A stretch of DNA of 64,000 nt, from positions 101,424-165,423 of IMG/VR virus record IMGVR_UViG_2531839014_000003. One strand, written 5' to 3'. Numbering within the stretch: position 1 is the first letter of the stretch; each line of letters starts with the position of its first letter. Below, piece after piece: positions 51,535-62,213 of the stretch. The stretch comes from a virus (Duplodnaviria; Caudoviricetes). The notes beneath the pieces are model-generated. The model was not told the DNA's origin, ran no database searches, and saw only the letters and a program-made list of their open reading frames with translations. The position numbers were made by a program, and so were the translations under genes.

Positions 51535-54350
51535 TGGGATTCTTTACATACAACTATTTCAAAAACCTGAAGCGCCCAGAAGTATATCTTTGCTATCCTG
51601 ATAAACGCACTATTGGTGCACTCCACGCTTATGATCTTCAAACTGATATTATGGCAAACTCAGTCAACAAAGGTACTTTTACAGTGTATCGCTATGAGGA
51701 TAGCGAAGAAACAAGATTCTATGATAAAATAGAGATCGGGAAATATATTCATCTATATGGCGTTGGATGGTTCAGAATTAACGAAGTATCTGTAGTCAAT
51801 GAAGGAGTGAATGAATACAAAGAAATATCATATCTGTCTATAGAATGTGAACTAGGTCAAACGTATCTAACATCATTTGGGTCTTTGGGAACCGATGAGG
51901 ATGAACAAGGTGGCCTGGATCGGTATTGCTTATATAATCCACTAGACGTATCACATTCAATCATGCACATAGTTCTTGAAAAGAATCCTGGATGGTCAAT
52001 CCGATACATAGATTCCCAAATCTCAACTGAATATAGGAACTTTCAAGAGGATAGCGTTGACACATACTCGTTTTTGACTGGAAAAGTTTCTGAAACGTAT
52101 GAGTGCGTATTCTTATTTGATTCTTATGAGCGCAGTATTTCAGCTTATAAACTCGAAAACCTTGGAAAAGATACAGGCATTATCTTAAATTATCGTAATG
52201 TGATAAAAAGCATAACGATGAATAGCACAGAAGATGATATTAAAACTGTGCTGACAGTAGTCGGCGGAAATGACGAGCGAACCAATACTCCTCTTGGGAT
52301 TCTTGATGTAAATATTTCTGGTACAAATCAAATCTATGACTTTAGTTATTTTCTTCATATGATGAGTCCAGAGTTACAGGCTGGTTTATCTCATTATCAT
52401 GAACTATGTGAAACAAATGAATCTGCTTATCAAGAAAAAATGTCTTCACTACTCTCCCACTATGACGAACTGAATACCTTAAAAAACAAAGTTCCTGATG
52501 AGGGTGAAGATTCTACAGACTGGACTTTATTTGGTCTACGTGAGCTACAAGAAAAAGAAATTATCTATAAAACAAACATGTCCTTACATCTTGGGGAAGA
52601 TGAATCTGAGCAATATAAGAAAAACGCTACCATCCATGCAGCAATTGAAGCCGAAATAAAGGTTCGGGAACAGCAAATAAGCAACAAAGAAGCCGAGATA
52701 AACAATCTTATTTCTGCAATTAGCTCCTTAGTTGTAAGTTTGCCTGATGTACTTGGTGAAGAACTATACAAAGAACTTGGCCCTTATGTCCGCGAGGATA
52801 CCTTAACTGATGATTCTTTCATAGCAACCAACTCTATGACAGACCGTGAAATTCTTGAAATGCAACAAGCTTTGCTAGAGCACGGAAAAAATGAACTTGC
52901 TAGAGTTTGCTATCCTCAATTCACTTTGGATGTAGATTTAGTCAATTTCACTGTAGACTATAATTATAAACGTTTTACTGATGCGCTTGAGATGTTTAAT
53001 ATAATCCATATTAATTTTGAGGACCATGATTCTATTATTTCAGCAAGACTTTTAAAGCTTCACATCAATTGGGATGACCCGTCTGATTTTAAAGTTACAT
53101 TCAGTAATTGTAACTCACTTAAAGAAACGTGGGAATTAATTCGAGAGGTACAAAAACAGGCTGAAGATGTTTCTACAAAGGTTGAGTTCGCTACCGGAGC
53201 CTGGAAAAACGCTGCTATCGTCTCTGTTGATGTCAATAAATATATGAATAACATTCTGAATGCTAGTAAGCAACAGCTCGTTAGTAATGATAATAATGAG
53301 ATTTTAATTGACTCAACTGGAATTTTATGTAGAAAATGGTTGTCAGAGCGACAGATTTATGATCCAGGTCAGATATGGATAACCAATAACCAAATCGCCA
53401 TATCCCAAGACGGGTTTAATTCAGTTGGGATTGCCTTGGGATATGTAAAAATGGGCAATGACTACTTCTTTGGATTGTGTGCACCATCAATTGTTGGTAA
53501 ACTTTTGATGTCTGAGAAACTTATGGTTTCTAATGCATCCGGCTCCTATACCATAGATAAAGATGGATTCATTGCGAAGAAAGGGTCATATGAAGTAAAA
53601 ATCAATCCGGATACTCCGGATAATATCTTTTCAATAGCTATTGATGGAAAGAAATTACTCTATGTGGACACTGCTGCTAAAGCATTAACATTTGAAGGAA
53701 AATTGATTTCTAAATCAGGTCAAATCGCTAACTTTACCATATCTGACAATACATTGATATCAGGCAATATAGGCTTGTGTTCTGATAAGACATCTGGTGC
53801 TATTGCATACTGGGCGGGTAATGCTGATAGAAATAATGCTCCATTCAGAGTAACAAACACAGGAGCCTTAACTTGTTCTAATGCTATTATAACAGGTGGC
53901 AGTTTAAAAATCGGAGACAACTTTGAAGTAAATTCACAAGGGGTATTGACAGCAAAATCAGCTAATTTTACAGGAAACATAAATGCGTCTAAAATAACTG
54001 GTTCACAAATATCAGGCACTATCATTACTGGTGGTGCAATTAGAGTTGGAGTACTTGATGCAGATGCCGACACCCTATATCTTGGTAGATGGAAGATAAC
54101 CACAGCCGACCGAGGTTGGATTGGAACAAGTAATGATAATTATTGGAATGCATCTGCTTCGGGTTCAAAACAGGCATGGTGTAGTTTTGGCGGAGCTTTG
54201 GTTGTTAATGGTTCAGGAGAAACACATGCACAAACAATTATAACAAATAAGATAAATGGAGATGCCACACTTATAGGAAGTAACTGGTGGAGTGGATACA
54301 CAATATTTAGTGCACTTGATTATCTATATAATCGCTTACCAAATACCTAA
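51534..54350 (+). CDS. Tail tip / Tal-like protein
   Basis: 938 aa after Dit; beta-repeat C-terminus. Confidence 0.75.
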   Translation: MGFFTYNYFKNLKRPEVYLCYPDKRTIGALHAYDLQTDIMANSVNKGTFTVYRYEDSEETRFYDKIEIGKYIHLYGVGWFRINEVSVVNEGVNEYKEISYLSIECELGQTYLTSFGSLGTDEDEQGGLDRYCLYNPLDVSHSIMHIVLEKNPGWSIRYIDSQISTEYRNFQEDSVDTYSFLTGKVSETYECVFLFDSYERSISAYKLENLGKDTGIILNYRNVIKSITMNSTEDDIKTVLTVVGGNDERTNTPLGILDVNISGTNQIYDFSYFLHMMSPELQAGLSHYHELCETNESAYQEKMSSLLSHYDELNTLKNKVPDEGEDSTDWTLFGLRELQEKEIIYKTNMSLHLGEDESEQYKKNATIHAAIEAEIKVREQQISNKEAEINNLISAISSLVVSLPDVLGEELYKELGPYVREDTLTDDSFIATNSMTDREILEMQQALLEHGKNELARVCYPQFTLDVDLVNFTVDYNYKRFTDALEMFNIIHINFEDHDSIISARLLKLHINWDDPSDFKVTFSNCNSLKETWELIREVQKQAEDVSTKVEFATGAWKNAAIVSVDVNKYMNNILNASKQQLVSNDNNEILIDSTGILCRKWLSERQIYDPGQIWITNNQIAISQDGFNSVGIALGYVKMGNDYFFGLCAPSIVGKLLMSEKLMVSNASGSYTIDKDGFIAKKGSYEVKINPDTPDNIFSIAIDGKKLLYVDTAAKALTFEGKLISKSGQIANFTISDNTLISGNIGLCSDKTSGAIAYWAGNADRNNAPFRVTNTGALTCSNAIITGGSLKIGDNFEVNSQGVLTAKSANFTGNINASKITGSQISGTIITGGAIRVGVLDADADTLYLGRWKITTADRGWIGTSNDNYWNASASGSKQAWCSFGGALVVNGSGETHAQTIITNKINGDATLIGSNWWSGYTIFSALDYLYNRLPNT

Positions 54351-54362
54351 GGAGGTACATAA

Positions 54363-54785
54363 TTGGATATTACACTAGGCAAAGTAGCTGGAGCTATACC
54401 AGTATTACAGCAAATCAAAAGCAAAAAACCAAGTTTTAAAATTGATTATTGGGTTATGAGAAATATAAAATTATATGCTGATTCATATAATTTTTTCATT
54501 CAGAAACGAGAGGAAATTTTTGAAAAGTATTGTAACAAGGTAAAAAATGAAGTAGCCCCGGAAGGTAGCTACTATACACTTGATAAAAATGGCACGATTC
54601 AGTTCAATCTTAAACCTGGTATATGTAACGAGGATTTTCAGAAAGACATGGATGAGTTGATGAAGATGCCCTGTGATGATATTGCTCCATATAAATTATC
54701 GCTAGATGTTATCAATAATTCAGGCGACTTTAATCTTGACAACGAAGATGATATTTTTGCTATTGACTATCTACTCTCTGAGTAG
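54363..54785 (+). CDS. Hypothetical tail-region protein
   Basis: AAGGAGG SD, TTG start. Confidence 0.7.
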   Translation: MDITLGKVAGAIPVLQQIKSKKPSFKIDYWVMRNIKLYADSYNFFIQKREEIFEKYCNKVKNEVAPEGSYYTLDKNGTIQFNLKPGICNEDFQKDMDELMKMPCDDIAPYKLSLDVINNSGDFNLDNEDDIFAIDYLLSE

Positions 54786-54817
54786 GTAGTCTTTTAATTT
54801 TGCGAAAGGAGGGCTAA

Positions 54818-55804
54818 ATGGCACAAACACAGCCAGAAGATTTTAGGATTGATATATCTCATGAACAATCATTTAGATATTTACAGGCAAAGCAATTTGA
54901 TCACAATTCAAGGATACGGCGATTGATCATTACTGATAATAATATACCACTAAAATTTACAGGAAAAGAACTGATTGGTCTTTCACTTTACATAAATGGA
55001 GACAATTATTCAAATACAACATGCCCATTTGGGGATGATGGATTTCCAAGAGTTGTATTTACGGAATCCATGTTGTCCCGTGAAGGTGATGTAAGCTGCG
55101 AGGTCAGGATTTATAGTTCATCCGATGCAACAGTTGCTACTACATTTACTTTCATGATGACAGTAAGCAAGAGTCTACTCAATCAAGATAGATTGGTTGC
55201 ATCATCCGAGTTTAACATCCTGAATGATTTGATTTTACAGGCAAATGTGATTCCAGATTTAATCAAGCAATTCAATCTTACACAGGAGCAAGTCAATACA
55301 CTAATATCACAGATTCAAGATGATATCGTTAATTATACAAACCAGTTTTCAACCATGAAAACTAAGTATACAAATGACTTCAATGCGCTTCTACAGAAAA
55401 TAAATGCCGATATTACATTATATAAATCGGAATACAATTCTTTAAAAACTGATATCACAAATCTCAAAAATTCCATAACTACTTGGTACACATCTGCTCA
55501 GGCCGCAGAGAACACCAGAATTGCCAATGAGAATAAACGGCAAACCGATACGGCTAAAGCAATCGCCAACTGCGAGAAAGCAACTGCTAACACAAATACA
55601 GCCATCTCTGGAGCTAATACAGCTCGTGATAATGCCAATGCTGCGGCTACCGAAGCACAAACTAAGGCTGCATATGCGCAGAATCAGGGCGACCGTGTTG
55701 ATATGGCGCTTAAGGATTTTGAATTCAGACTTAGAACTGTCGATGGAGGTGAACTAACCGATACCACCCCCGCTGAAAATATATATGATGGTGGAACATT
55801 GTAA
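54818..55804 (+). CDS. Baseplate upper protein (BppU-like)
   Basis: AKQFD..SR N-domain, SSEF, Ala-rich coiled coil. Confidence 0.75.
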   Translation: MAQTQPEDFRIDISHEQSFRYLQAKQFDHNSRIRRLIITDNNIPLKFTGKELIGLSLYINGDNYSNTTCPFGDDGFPRVVFTESMLSREGDVSCEVRIYSSSDATVATTFTFMMTVSKSLLNQDRLVASSEFNILNDLILQANVIPDLIKQFNLTQEQVNTLISQIQDDIVNYTNQFSTMKTKYTNDFNALLQKINADITLYKSEYNSLKTDITNLKNSITTWYTSAQAAENTRIANENKRQTDTAKAIANCEKATANTNTAISGANTARDNANAAATEAQTKAAYAQNQGDRVDMALKDFEFRLRTVDGGELTDTTPAENIYDGGTL

Positions 55805-55825
55805 TTATATGGAAGGAGGAAATTA

Positions 55826-56572
55826 ATGGATACAATAAAATTAAAACGAGCAACTAAATCTGTTGCTAATGCGTCAACCAAAGTACTTGAAAAAGATGAA
55901 GTATTAGTAATAACACCAAATTCTGGAAGCGGAAAGGGAAAATGCCAATTAAAGTTTGGTGATGGTGTCACTGCTACCAAAAGCCTCCCCATTGCCATTG
56001 ATGGTGAAAATGCTGATGAGATGAAGGTGTCTACCATCCCTACCGTATCAGATGAAAACCCGGTTTTATCCGCTGGTGAAACCGTTAAAGTATTCATCGG
56101 GAAGATTAAAAAGAAGTTTACATATCTTGAAAACTTGCTTGGTAATGTAAAAACCGTGACCAATTTATTTGGTAGTAACGATGCAAAGACAGTTGCACAG
56201 GGTCTACAGAACTTGGTAAACACCAAATTTAATAAATCGGATCTCTATGATGGAACAGATTCGACCAGTACATCTCTTGGAGCTACGGCTAATGCTCTCA
56301 GAAAAGTCAACGAAAAGACAGACAATAATACTTCAAGCATTTCTACACTAAATAGCAATTTAGCAAAAAACAATGCAAAGGTGACTTTAAACGGCGTCAA
56401 GAACATTAATGGGTTTACAGCCGTATATTCCGACCGGACCGACCGGGCATTCCAGTTACAATATGATTCTGGCGAGATTGCATCAATCGCATTTAACAAC
56501 ACCGGTATCTGGTATGATTTTTATGACGGTCAAAACTGGAAACAGGTTTGGAAGTTTAATAAGCCATCATAA
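55826..56572 (+). CDS. Tail fibre / receptor-binding protein with switchable C-terminus (cassette A expressed)
   Basis: LKFGDGV N-domain; crossover site encodes LNSNL at 56348-56362. Confidence 0.8.
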   Translation: MDTIKLKRATKSVANASTKVLEKDEVLVITPNSGSGKGKCQLKFGDGVTATKSLPIAIDGENADEMKVSTIPTVSDENPVLSAGETVKVFIGKIKKKFTYLENLLGNVKTVTNLFGSNDAKTVAQGLQNLVNTKFNKSDLYDGTDSTSTSLGATANALRKVNEKTDNNTSSISTLNSNLAKNNAKVTLNGVKNINGFTAVYSDRTDRAFQLQYDSGEIASIAFNNTGIWYDFYDGQNWKQVWKFNKPS

Positions 56573-56890
56573 TCATTTAAATGTTTTAGCGTATAAAACA
56601 AGTGCGCTGATTTGTCCGGAAGTATTGATAATATTAGATGCGGTATCATTACGTACGTATACATTGGTAGTATAATTTGTTGTATCGGTATTGCATTGAT
56701 ACACCGTCAACCCATCTTTTACGCTAAAACCAACAATCCCAATAGGTACAAATCCGGCAATCCGGGCGGTGGGAAATTGCGCAGTTACGGTTGACCCGGG
56801 ACCTACGGTAATTTCATTAGAATTACTCGTCCATTGTGTTTTAAGAACGCTATTTAGGGCAGTTTCAAGATTATCAAAATTGCTATTTAG
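56573..56890 (-). other. Silent fibre cassette B
   Basis: Open frame LNSNFDNLETALNSVLKTQW...LVLYAKTFK*. Confidence 0.85.
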
Positions 56891-57003
56891 TATAAAAGCA
56901 AACTAAATATCGCAATATAGTTTTCTGTCAATATCCTAATAATTTGTATTTTATGACATATCTTTCATAATATATAGATTTCTTATCTTTTCTATCATCT
57001 CCC

Positions 57004-57035
57004 TTGCCAAAGAACGTATGTTCTGTTATTATAAT
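57004..57035 (+). promoter_or_regulatory. Recombinase promoter with LexA (SOS) box
   Basis: TTGCCA, GAACGTATGTTC at 57012-57023, TATTATAAT. Confidence 0.75.
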
Positions 57036-57174
57036 AGAGTAACAGAAAAGAGAGTAAATCACCGCCCTCGCAAAGCATAGATCTACTCTCTCACTACAAC
57101 GCAAAAGCGCTGTCTTTGATTATTATACTAGACAGCCTCCTTTTGTGCAACAAAAATTAGGAGGATGGAATTAT

Positions 57175-58170
57175 ATGGAAGAATTTAAGAATGAGGTAAT
57201 GATGCAGTTACAAAATAATGAAGTGTTTAATAGTGAGATGTTACTGATGATAGACCAGGCGATAAGTTATGTAATGCGTAGCTATCAGATACAACGAATG
57301 TGTACTGAAGTTGCTATACAAACGGTTAAGCGGTGTCCTGAATTAGACGCTTTTATATTAAGAAAAGAATTTCGCGGATTATCTGAAGATACAATACGCC
57401 AATATCGATATTTACTAAATGCATTTGTGGCCTGGTTAGATAAAGATGTTAAATATGTAGTATCTGATGATATACGGACGTTCCTAAACGAATATGCAAA
57501 AATAAATAACATTTCAGACCGTACCAAAGATTCGAAACGTCTTATAATCTGTAGTTTCTATCAATTTCTACATCAAAATGGATATATCAAAGAAAATCCC
57601 GCTGCTGCTGTTGAACCAATTAAATATAAACAAAAAGTTCGAGAGCCATTATCACATATGGAAGTAGAACTAATGCGTAGAGCATGTAAGACAGACTTTG
57701 ATGAAGCTCTATTTGAAACCTTTTATTCCACTGGCTGTCGAGTTAGTGAAGTCGCAAATATGAAAATAGATGATATTGACTTCGATAAGGAACAAATCAA
57801 AGTATGTGGAAAGGGCGATAAAGAACGATTTGTTCTACTTACACCACGAGCGCATTTAAGTTTAAAGTTATATCTTGACAAAAGGCATGATAATAATCCT
57901 GGTGTATTTATAAGTGAAAATAAAAGTCATAAACCATTAGGAAAGTGCTCACTTGAAAATCGAATAAAAGAACTTGGCAAACGTGCTGGAATAGGAAGAC
58001 CTGTAACACCTCATATAATTAGACATACTACAGCAAGTCATCTATTAGAGCATACAGATATTGATGTTGTTCAAGATTTATTAGGACATACAAAAATCGA
58101 AACGACAAGAATTTATGCAAAGACATCTTCTGAAAGAATCAAATCTGGATTCAGAAAAGCATCTTTATAA
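57175..58170 (+). CDS. Tyrosine recombinase (shufflon invertase)
   Basis: TGCRVSE, GKGDKER, HIIRH, LLGH, Y. Confidence 0.92.
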   Translation: MEEFKNEVMMQLQNNEVFNSEMLLMIDQAISYVMRSYQIQRMCTEVAIQTVKRCPELDAFILRKEFRGLSEDTIRQYRYLLNAFVAWLDKDVKYVVSDDIRTFLNEYAKINNISDRTKDSKRLIICSFYQFLHQNGYIKENPAAAVEPIKYKQKVREPLSHMEVELMRRACKTDFDEALFETFYSTGCRVSEVANMKIDDIDFDKEQIKVCGKGDKERFVLLTPRAHLSLKLYLDKRHDNNPGVFISENKSHKPLGKCSLENRIKELGKRAGIGRPVTPHIIRHTTASHLLEHTDIDVVQDLLGHTKIETTRIYAKTSSERIKSGFRKASL

Positions 58171-58294
58171 AAATTCCAAAAACAATTAAATAAAATAACA
58201 TACAGTAATATCTAAGATAATGTATAAAATAAGAATATTTATAACATTTATAACATCGGTAGATTTATTTATGTCGCAAATTTTTATTAGATGT

Positions 58295-58573
58295 AGCAAT
58301 TTAAACGATGGAAAATACTGGCGTGCATATACAACCACTTTTGCATTTGGTCGAGAAATACCAGTTGATAAAGACATAATATTTGATTTAAATATTAGTT
58401 TTCCGGCACGTCCATCTGTACTTGTCATTATTCCCTCTACTGCCAAAATAACAAACGTAAGGTATGATTTTGACAATTCGACCTCGACCAAGACAAGAAT
58501 CATCTTTGACAACGAGGGAGCGACAATACCCGCAGATGCTATGGTACGTATGGGCGTTATCGCTATCGAATGA
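58295..58573 (+). other. Silent fibre cassette C
   Basis: SNLNDGKYW...GVIAIE*. Confidence 0.82.
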
Positions 58574-58885
58574 TTATTTGGTAAAATAAATCATCTCAAA
58601 GTAAAATATGCTGTTACCTATGGCCCCTGAATCAATGGTTATATTGCCGGTATTGGCAATAACCTTAAACACTCCATATCCTGTGGTGCCATAAATTAAG
58701 CATACTTTTTCTTGTGCGGCCACCGGAAGTCCACTAATCAGTAGTGTATTGTTAATTGTTGTATTTTGCTTTAATGTAACAAGTGCATTTACTACACATT
58801 GTTTTCCGATTTTATAATAATTGGCTGATCCGATAGCCCAATCCGCATTTATGGTAGCTGCCCCTGATTCCAGTTCTAAATTGCT
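58574..58885 (-). other. Silent fibre cassette D
   Basis: SNLELESGAATINADW...YYKIGK...ISGLP...YFTK*. Confidence 0.85.
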
Positions 58886-58976
58886 ACATTTCTATAAATC
58901 TATATCTACATAAATATTCATTAAATTATACATTCTTAACTTTAGAAACTAACTAATTTGAAAGAAAGGAAATAAA

Positions 58977-59798
58977 ATGTACAATATTACTTTTAATAAC
59001 AATCGTGTTTTAAAAATTTATGATAGCCAGGAAAATAAATCTACCCAAACACTTATTATACGAATTAATCCATCTGATTATTTATTTTCTGATATCAATA
59101 ATCTTTTTGATAATCTTACCAAAAACGATCTAAAAAGAATCATTAAAACAACTCCATCCGCATCGTATATCACAACCTATGAGAACTATACAGATATTGT
59201 AAGTCGTTCAATAGATAAGGTGACAATTTTAGTAGAAAAAGCAGAAGAAATTCCATCATTCGACGAGGATGGACAGGATATAACAGCTTCTATTGTGACT
59301 AACGAGCCACAGGAAATAGAACTTATCGTTGTTGTCCTTAAATATGAAGACCCCACAAAAGTTATTGTAGAGCAGCTTAATCAGCAGATTAATCCTACTA
59401 TTGATGTAGAAACATGTTCTTTGGATGATTTGAAAATGTTTGTTCAAAAAAAGAATAGTGATTCTCTTGAAATTTTTCTTGAGAATAATCCACTGCTTTA
59501 TACTGATGGGAAGTATTATGGAGTATCAAAAGTCGATAGAGATGAAATGTCACAGCAGTATCTAGCTTATCAGCTTAATAAGACAATTAACCCAAATGCT
59601 GAAGATATTGTCAAGTGGCATAGTAAAGGTACTAAGTGTACTCCAATGTCTGTTTCTGATTTTTCTACACTTGCTCTTGCTGTGTATGCCTACACAGAAC
59701 CATACTATGAAGAGATGCAAACAATTAAAGAATCAATCATGTCTGCATCAACAAAAGATGAGGTTTTGTCTATTAAAATCTTCAATAAAGTACTATGA
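58977..59798 (+). CDS. Tail-fibre-associated protein (DUF4376-like C-terminus)
   Basis: AAAGGA SD; C-terminal I..A.T.DEV..I. Confidence 0.6.
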   Translation: MYNITFNNNRVLKIYDSQENKSTQTLIIRINPSDYLFSDINNLFDNLTKNDLKRIIKTTPSASYITTYENYTDIVSRSIDKVTILVEKAEEIPSFDEDGQDITASIVTNEPQEIELIVVVLKYEDPTKVIVEQLNQQINPTIDVETCSLDDLKMFVQKKNSDSLEIFLENNPLLYTDGKYYGVSKVDRDEMSQQYLAYQLNKTINPNAEDIVKWHSKGTKCTPMSVSDFSTLALAVYAYTEPYYEEMQTIKESIMSASTKDEVLSIKIFNKVL

Positions 59799-59855
59799 TT
59801 TAGTGAATAAGTATGGAGCTTCATTGTGTATTTATGAAGCTCCACATTGAAATGT

Positions 59856-60131
59856 AGCAATTTAGGTGTACAAATCAGAAAAATATCATCAAAGCTTTTT
59901 TCATGTGATACTACCGTTGGTACGAAGGATAGTGTTAGCCAAACTTACACCATTTCGGATTTGGGGTTTATAAAAACACCTTTATGGGCCGTACAGGCGT
60001 CAAATTGGTTAAATGCTCAGATAACCAATATAACAAAAGATTCTATATCCATAACCTTCTATAATCCGTCAGAGCGTGGAATTGCTGGGACTGCCGCATG
60101 GATAAAGCTCATATTTTTCGAGCTCAAATAA
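59856..60131 (+). other. Silent fibre cassette E
   Basis: SNLGVQIRK...LIFFELK*. Confidence 0.82.
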
Positions 60132-60386
60132 TCATTTTGCTGATGCTATCCAATGTACTAACACACTTTGCTCCGAGGTTTCTTTTATTGTTTCAAGATA
60201 TAAAGAAAATCCCAACTTAGTAACTTTGCTAATTGTAGCCTGAAAAACACTTGGATACTCATTATATATTGCTACCGATATAGATGGCATTTTACTAAAA
60301 CTTGTATCAAAAATAATATTTGATGTTCTGATGGCTCCAGCTTGTCCTGACACTAAGACAGTTGTAGTTCCAACTTTTAAATTGCT
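60132..60386 (-). other. Silent fibre cassette F (H-type lectin/gp53-like)
   Basis: SNLKVGTTTV...FDTSFSKMP...VHWIASAK*. Confidence 0.82.
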
Positions 60387-60519
60387 ACATTTCTAATGAA
60401 AGACTCCTTTCATCGGATTTTTTGTCCGTCCATCGCGTATTATTTCGCATTTTTCTATATATTATGTCTTTATATCACGTACATTTGTTACATTATTAAC
60501 ATAAACAGAGGAGGATAAA

Positions 60520-61104
60520 TTGAATACAATACTATATAGAGATAAGGTACTGATACGCACCCTATCCTCTCCTATTTATCAAAATGAGAATCGCGCCGAT
60601 TTACTAAAGTTTCTAATTTCCATTGATTATCTATCTGATTTCGATATAAAAGCACTCAACTGTATGATCTGTATCACTCTTCCAAACGGGCAAGAAGGAA
60701 AGGTGGGATTTCTTGATTTTGAAGATGCGCTTTATCACGATAAATACTTATTATCATACATTCCAATAACAAAAGCTTTTACTAAACTTCCAGGGACAAT
60801 TTATGTAAAACTTGTCTTTTCATATGAGGACTCTAATAATCTTTTTCACTATCTTCCCACAAACAATATCTCATTGACTGTGATAGAATCATCGGAAACC
60901 GATGATTTTATTGACCCCGACGAGAATACTAATCCATTTGCTGAAATTACACAAAAGATTCAATCGTTAGAAAAATCAAAAATTTCTAGCATAGACATTG
61001 ATGGACATACTGTTCATTTTTATGCCGATTCAGAAAAGACCACACTCATTGGAACGGTTGCTTTGCCAGAAGATGTTGTTTGGACAACTATGGAGGTTAC
61101 GTGA
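60520..61104 (+). CDS. BppU-like adaptor protein
   Basis: IYQNENRAD..F; ITKAFTKLPG. Confidence 0.55.
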   Translation: MNTILYRDKVLIRTLSSPIYQNENRADLLKFLISIDYLSDFDIKALNCMICITLPNGQEGKVGFLDFEDALYHDKYLLSYIPITKAFTKLPGTIYVKLVFSYEDSNNLFHYLPTNNISLTVIESSETDDFIDPDENTNPFAEITQKIQSLEKSKISSIDIDGHTVHFYADSEKTTLIGTVALPEDVVWTTMEVT

Positions 61105-61418
61105 TGAATGGTTTACAAATTATTACAGACATATCCTATAAAGATTACATAGCATTATCACCTGAAAAAATAATTCCTAATGCTATTTATTTACTTACCA
61201 ATGGAATGATGTTTGCAAGGGGAAATAAGTTTGGAGGTGACATACTTATTGTCGATGAATTTCCCGTATCCCCTATTTCTAATGTCATTTATTTAAACTC
61301 GACAACTATGGAGCAAAAAATGTGGTCCAACGGGAGATGGTATACGCTTCAGGAAGAGTTTATACGCTTAACAAACTCTCAAATAGATAAAATGTTTCAA
61401 AACGATTTTTTTGATTAA
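61104..61418 (+). CDS. Hypothetical tail-appendage protein
   Basis: GGAGG SD; coupled. Confidence 0.6.
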   Translation: MNGLQIITDISYKDYIALSPEKIIPNAIYLLTNGMMFARGNKFGGDILIVDEFPVSPISNVIYLNSTTMEQKMWSNGRWYTLQEEFIRLTNSQIDKMFQNDFFD

Positions 61419-61432
61419 GAAGGGAGGAACAA

Positions 61433-62200
61433 ATGGCTCTTAAAAATTATTTAGATTATGATGGTCTTCTTTACTGGAAACAAAAATTTCAGGTGTGGAT
61501 ACAAACAAAATTTGCACTTAAATCTGATATTCCTACTACCCTACCAGCTGATGGTGGTAACGCCGATACTGTAGGCGGACACACTGTTGCTACTGATGTA
61601 CCTGTAAATGCAAAATTTACTGATACGGTCTATTCTCACCCTGCTAATCATCCAGCATCAATGATTACAGAGGATACTACTCACCGTTTTGTCACTGACG
61701 CAGAACATACAAAATATGAAGCAGCGTATACTCATAGCCAAGTAGCTCATGCTCCTACTAATGCTGAGAGAAACACGGTAGTTGGAATTCAGAAGAATGG
61801 AACTGATGTATCAGTAGATTCTACTACTAGAAAAGCCAATATTACTGTTCCTACAAAAGTAAGTGAATTGTCAAATGATAGTGGTTTTCAAACACAAAGT
61901 CAAGTAAATGCTGCTATTTCTACTGCTATTGGTAATGTCACTGGTATGGAGTTTGTTATTCTAAAAGCCGAAGATTACAATAGCAATGGTATTCCAACAG
62001 TCGCAGGAGCCGTTGGTAAAATCTACCTTGTCCCCAAAACTCCATCTGAAACAGCCAATATCTATACTGAATGGATTTATGCAAATGGAGCTTTTGAGAA
62101 AATTGGTGATACTGCCGTTGATTTAAGTGGTTATATTCAAGATTCTGACATGGTTCCGTTAACCAATGAACAAATTGATGAAATTATGTCCACTACCTAA
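61433..62200 (+). CDS. Fibre/appendage protein
   Basis: YLDYDGL, HPANHPASMI, PTKVSELSNDSG. Confidence 0.65.
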   Translation: MALKNYLDYDGLLYWKQKFQVWIQTKFALKSDIPTTLPADGGNADTVGGHTVATDVPVNAKFTDTVYSHPANHPASMITEDTTHRFVTDAEHTKYEAAYTHSQVAHAPTNAERNTVVGIQKNGTDVSVDSTTRKANITVPTKVSELSNDSGFQTQSQVNAAISTAIGNVTGMEFVILKAEDYNSNGIPTVAGAVGKIYLVPKTPSETANIYTEWIYANGAFEKIGDTAVDLSGYIQDSDMVPLTNEQIDEIMSTT

Positions 62201-62213
62201 TTGGAGGTAGTCT

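Larger units (their letters stand above)
56347..60395. mobile_element. Tail-fibre shufflon with six cassettes
   Basis: TAGCAATTT sites on + at 56353, 58294, 59855 and on - at ~56877-85, 58878-86, 60379-87. Confidence 0.88.

Noticed and set aside
58220-60353. ORFs 58220, 59847 and 60132-60353 as stand-alone genes
   Set aside because: No SD; their coherent frames start at the shufflon crossover sites
55826-60395. Diversity-generating retroelement
   Set aside because: No reverse transcriptase or TR/VR pair; variation is explained by inversion cassettes
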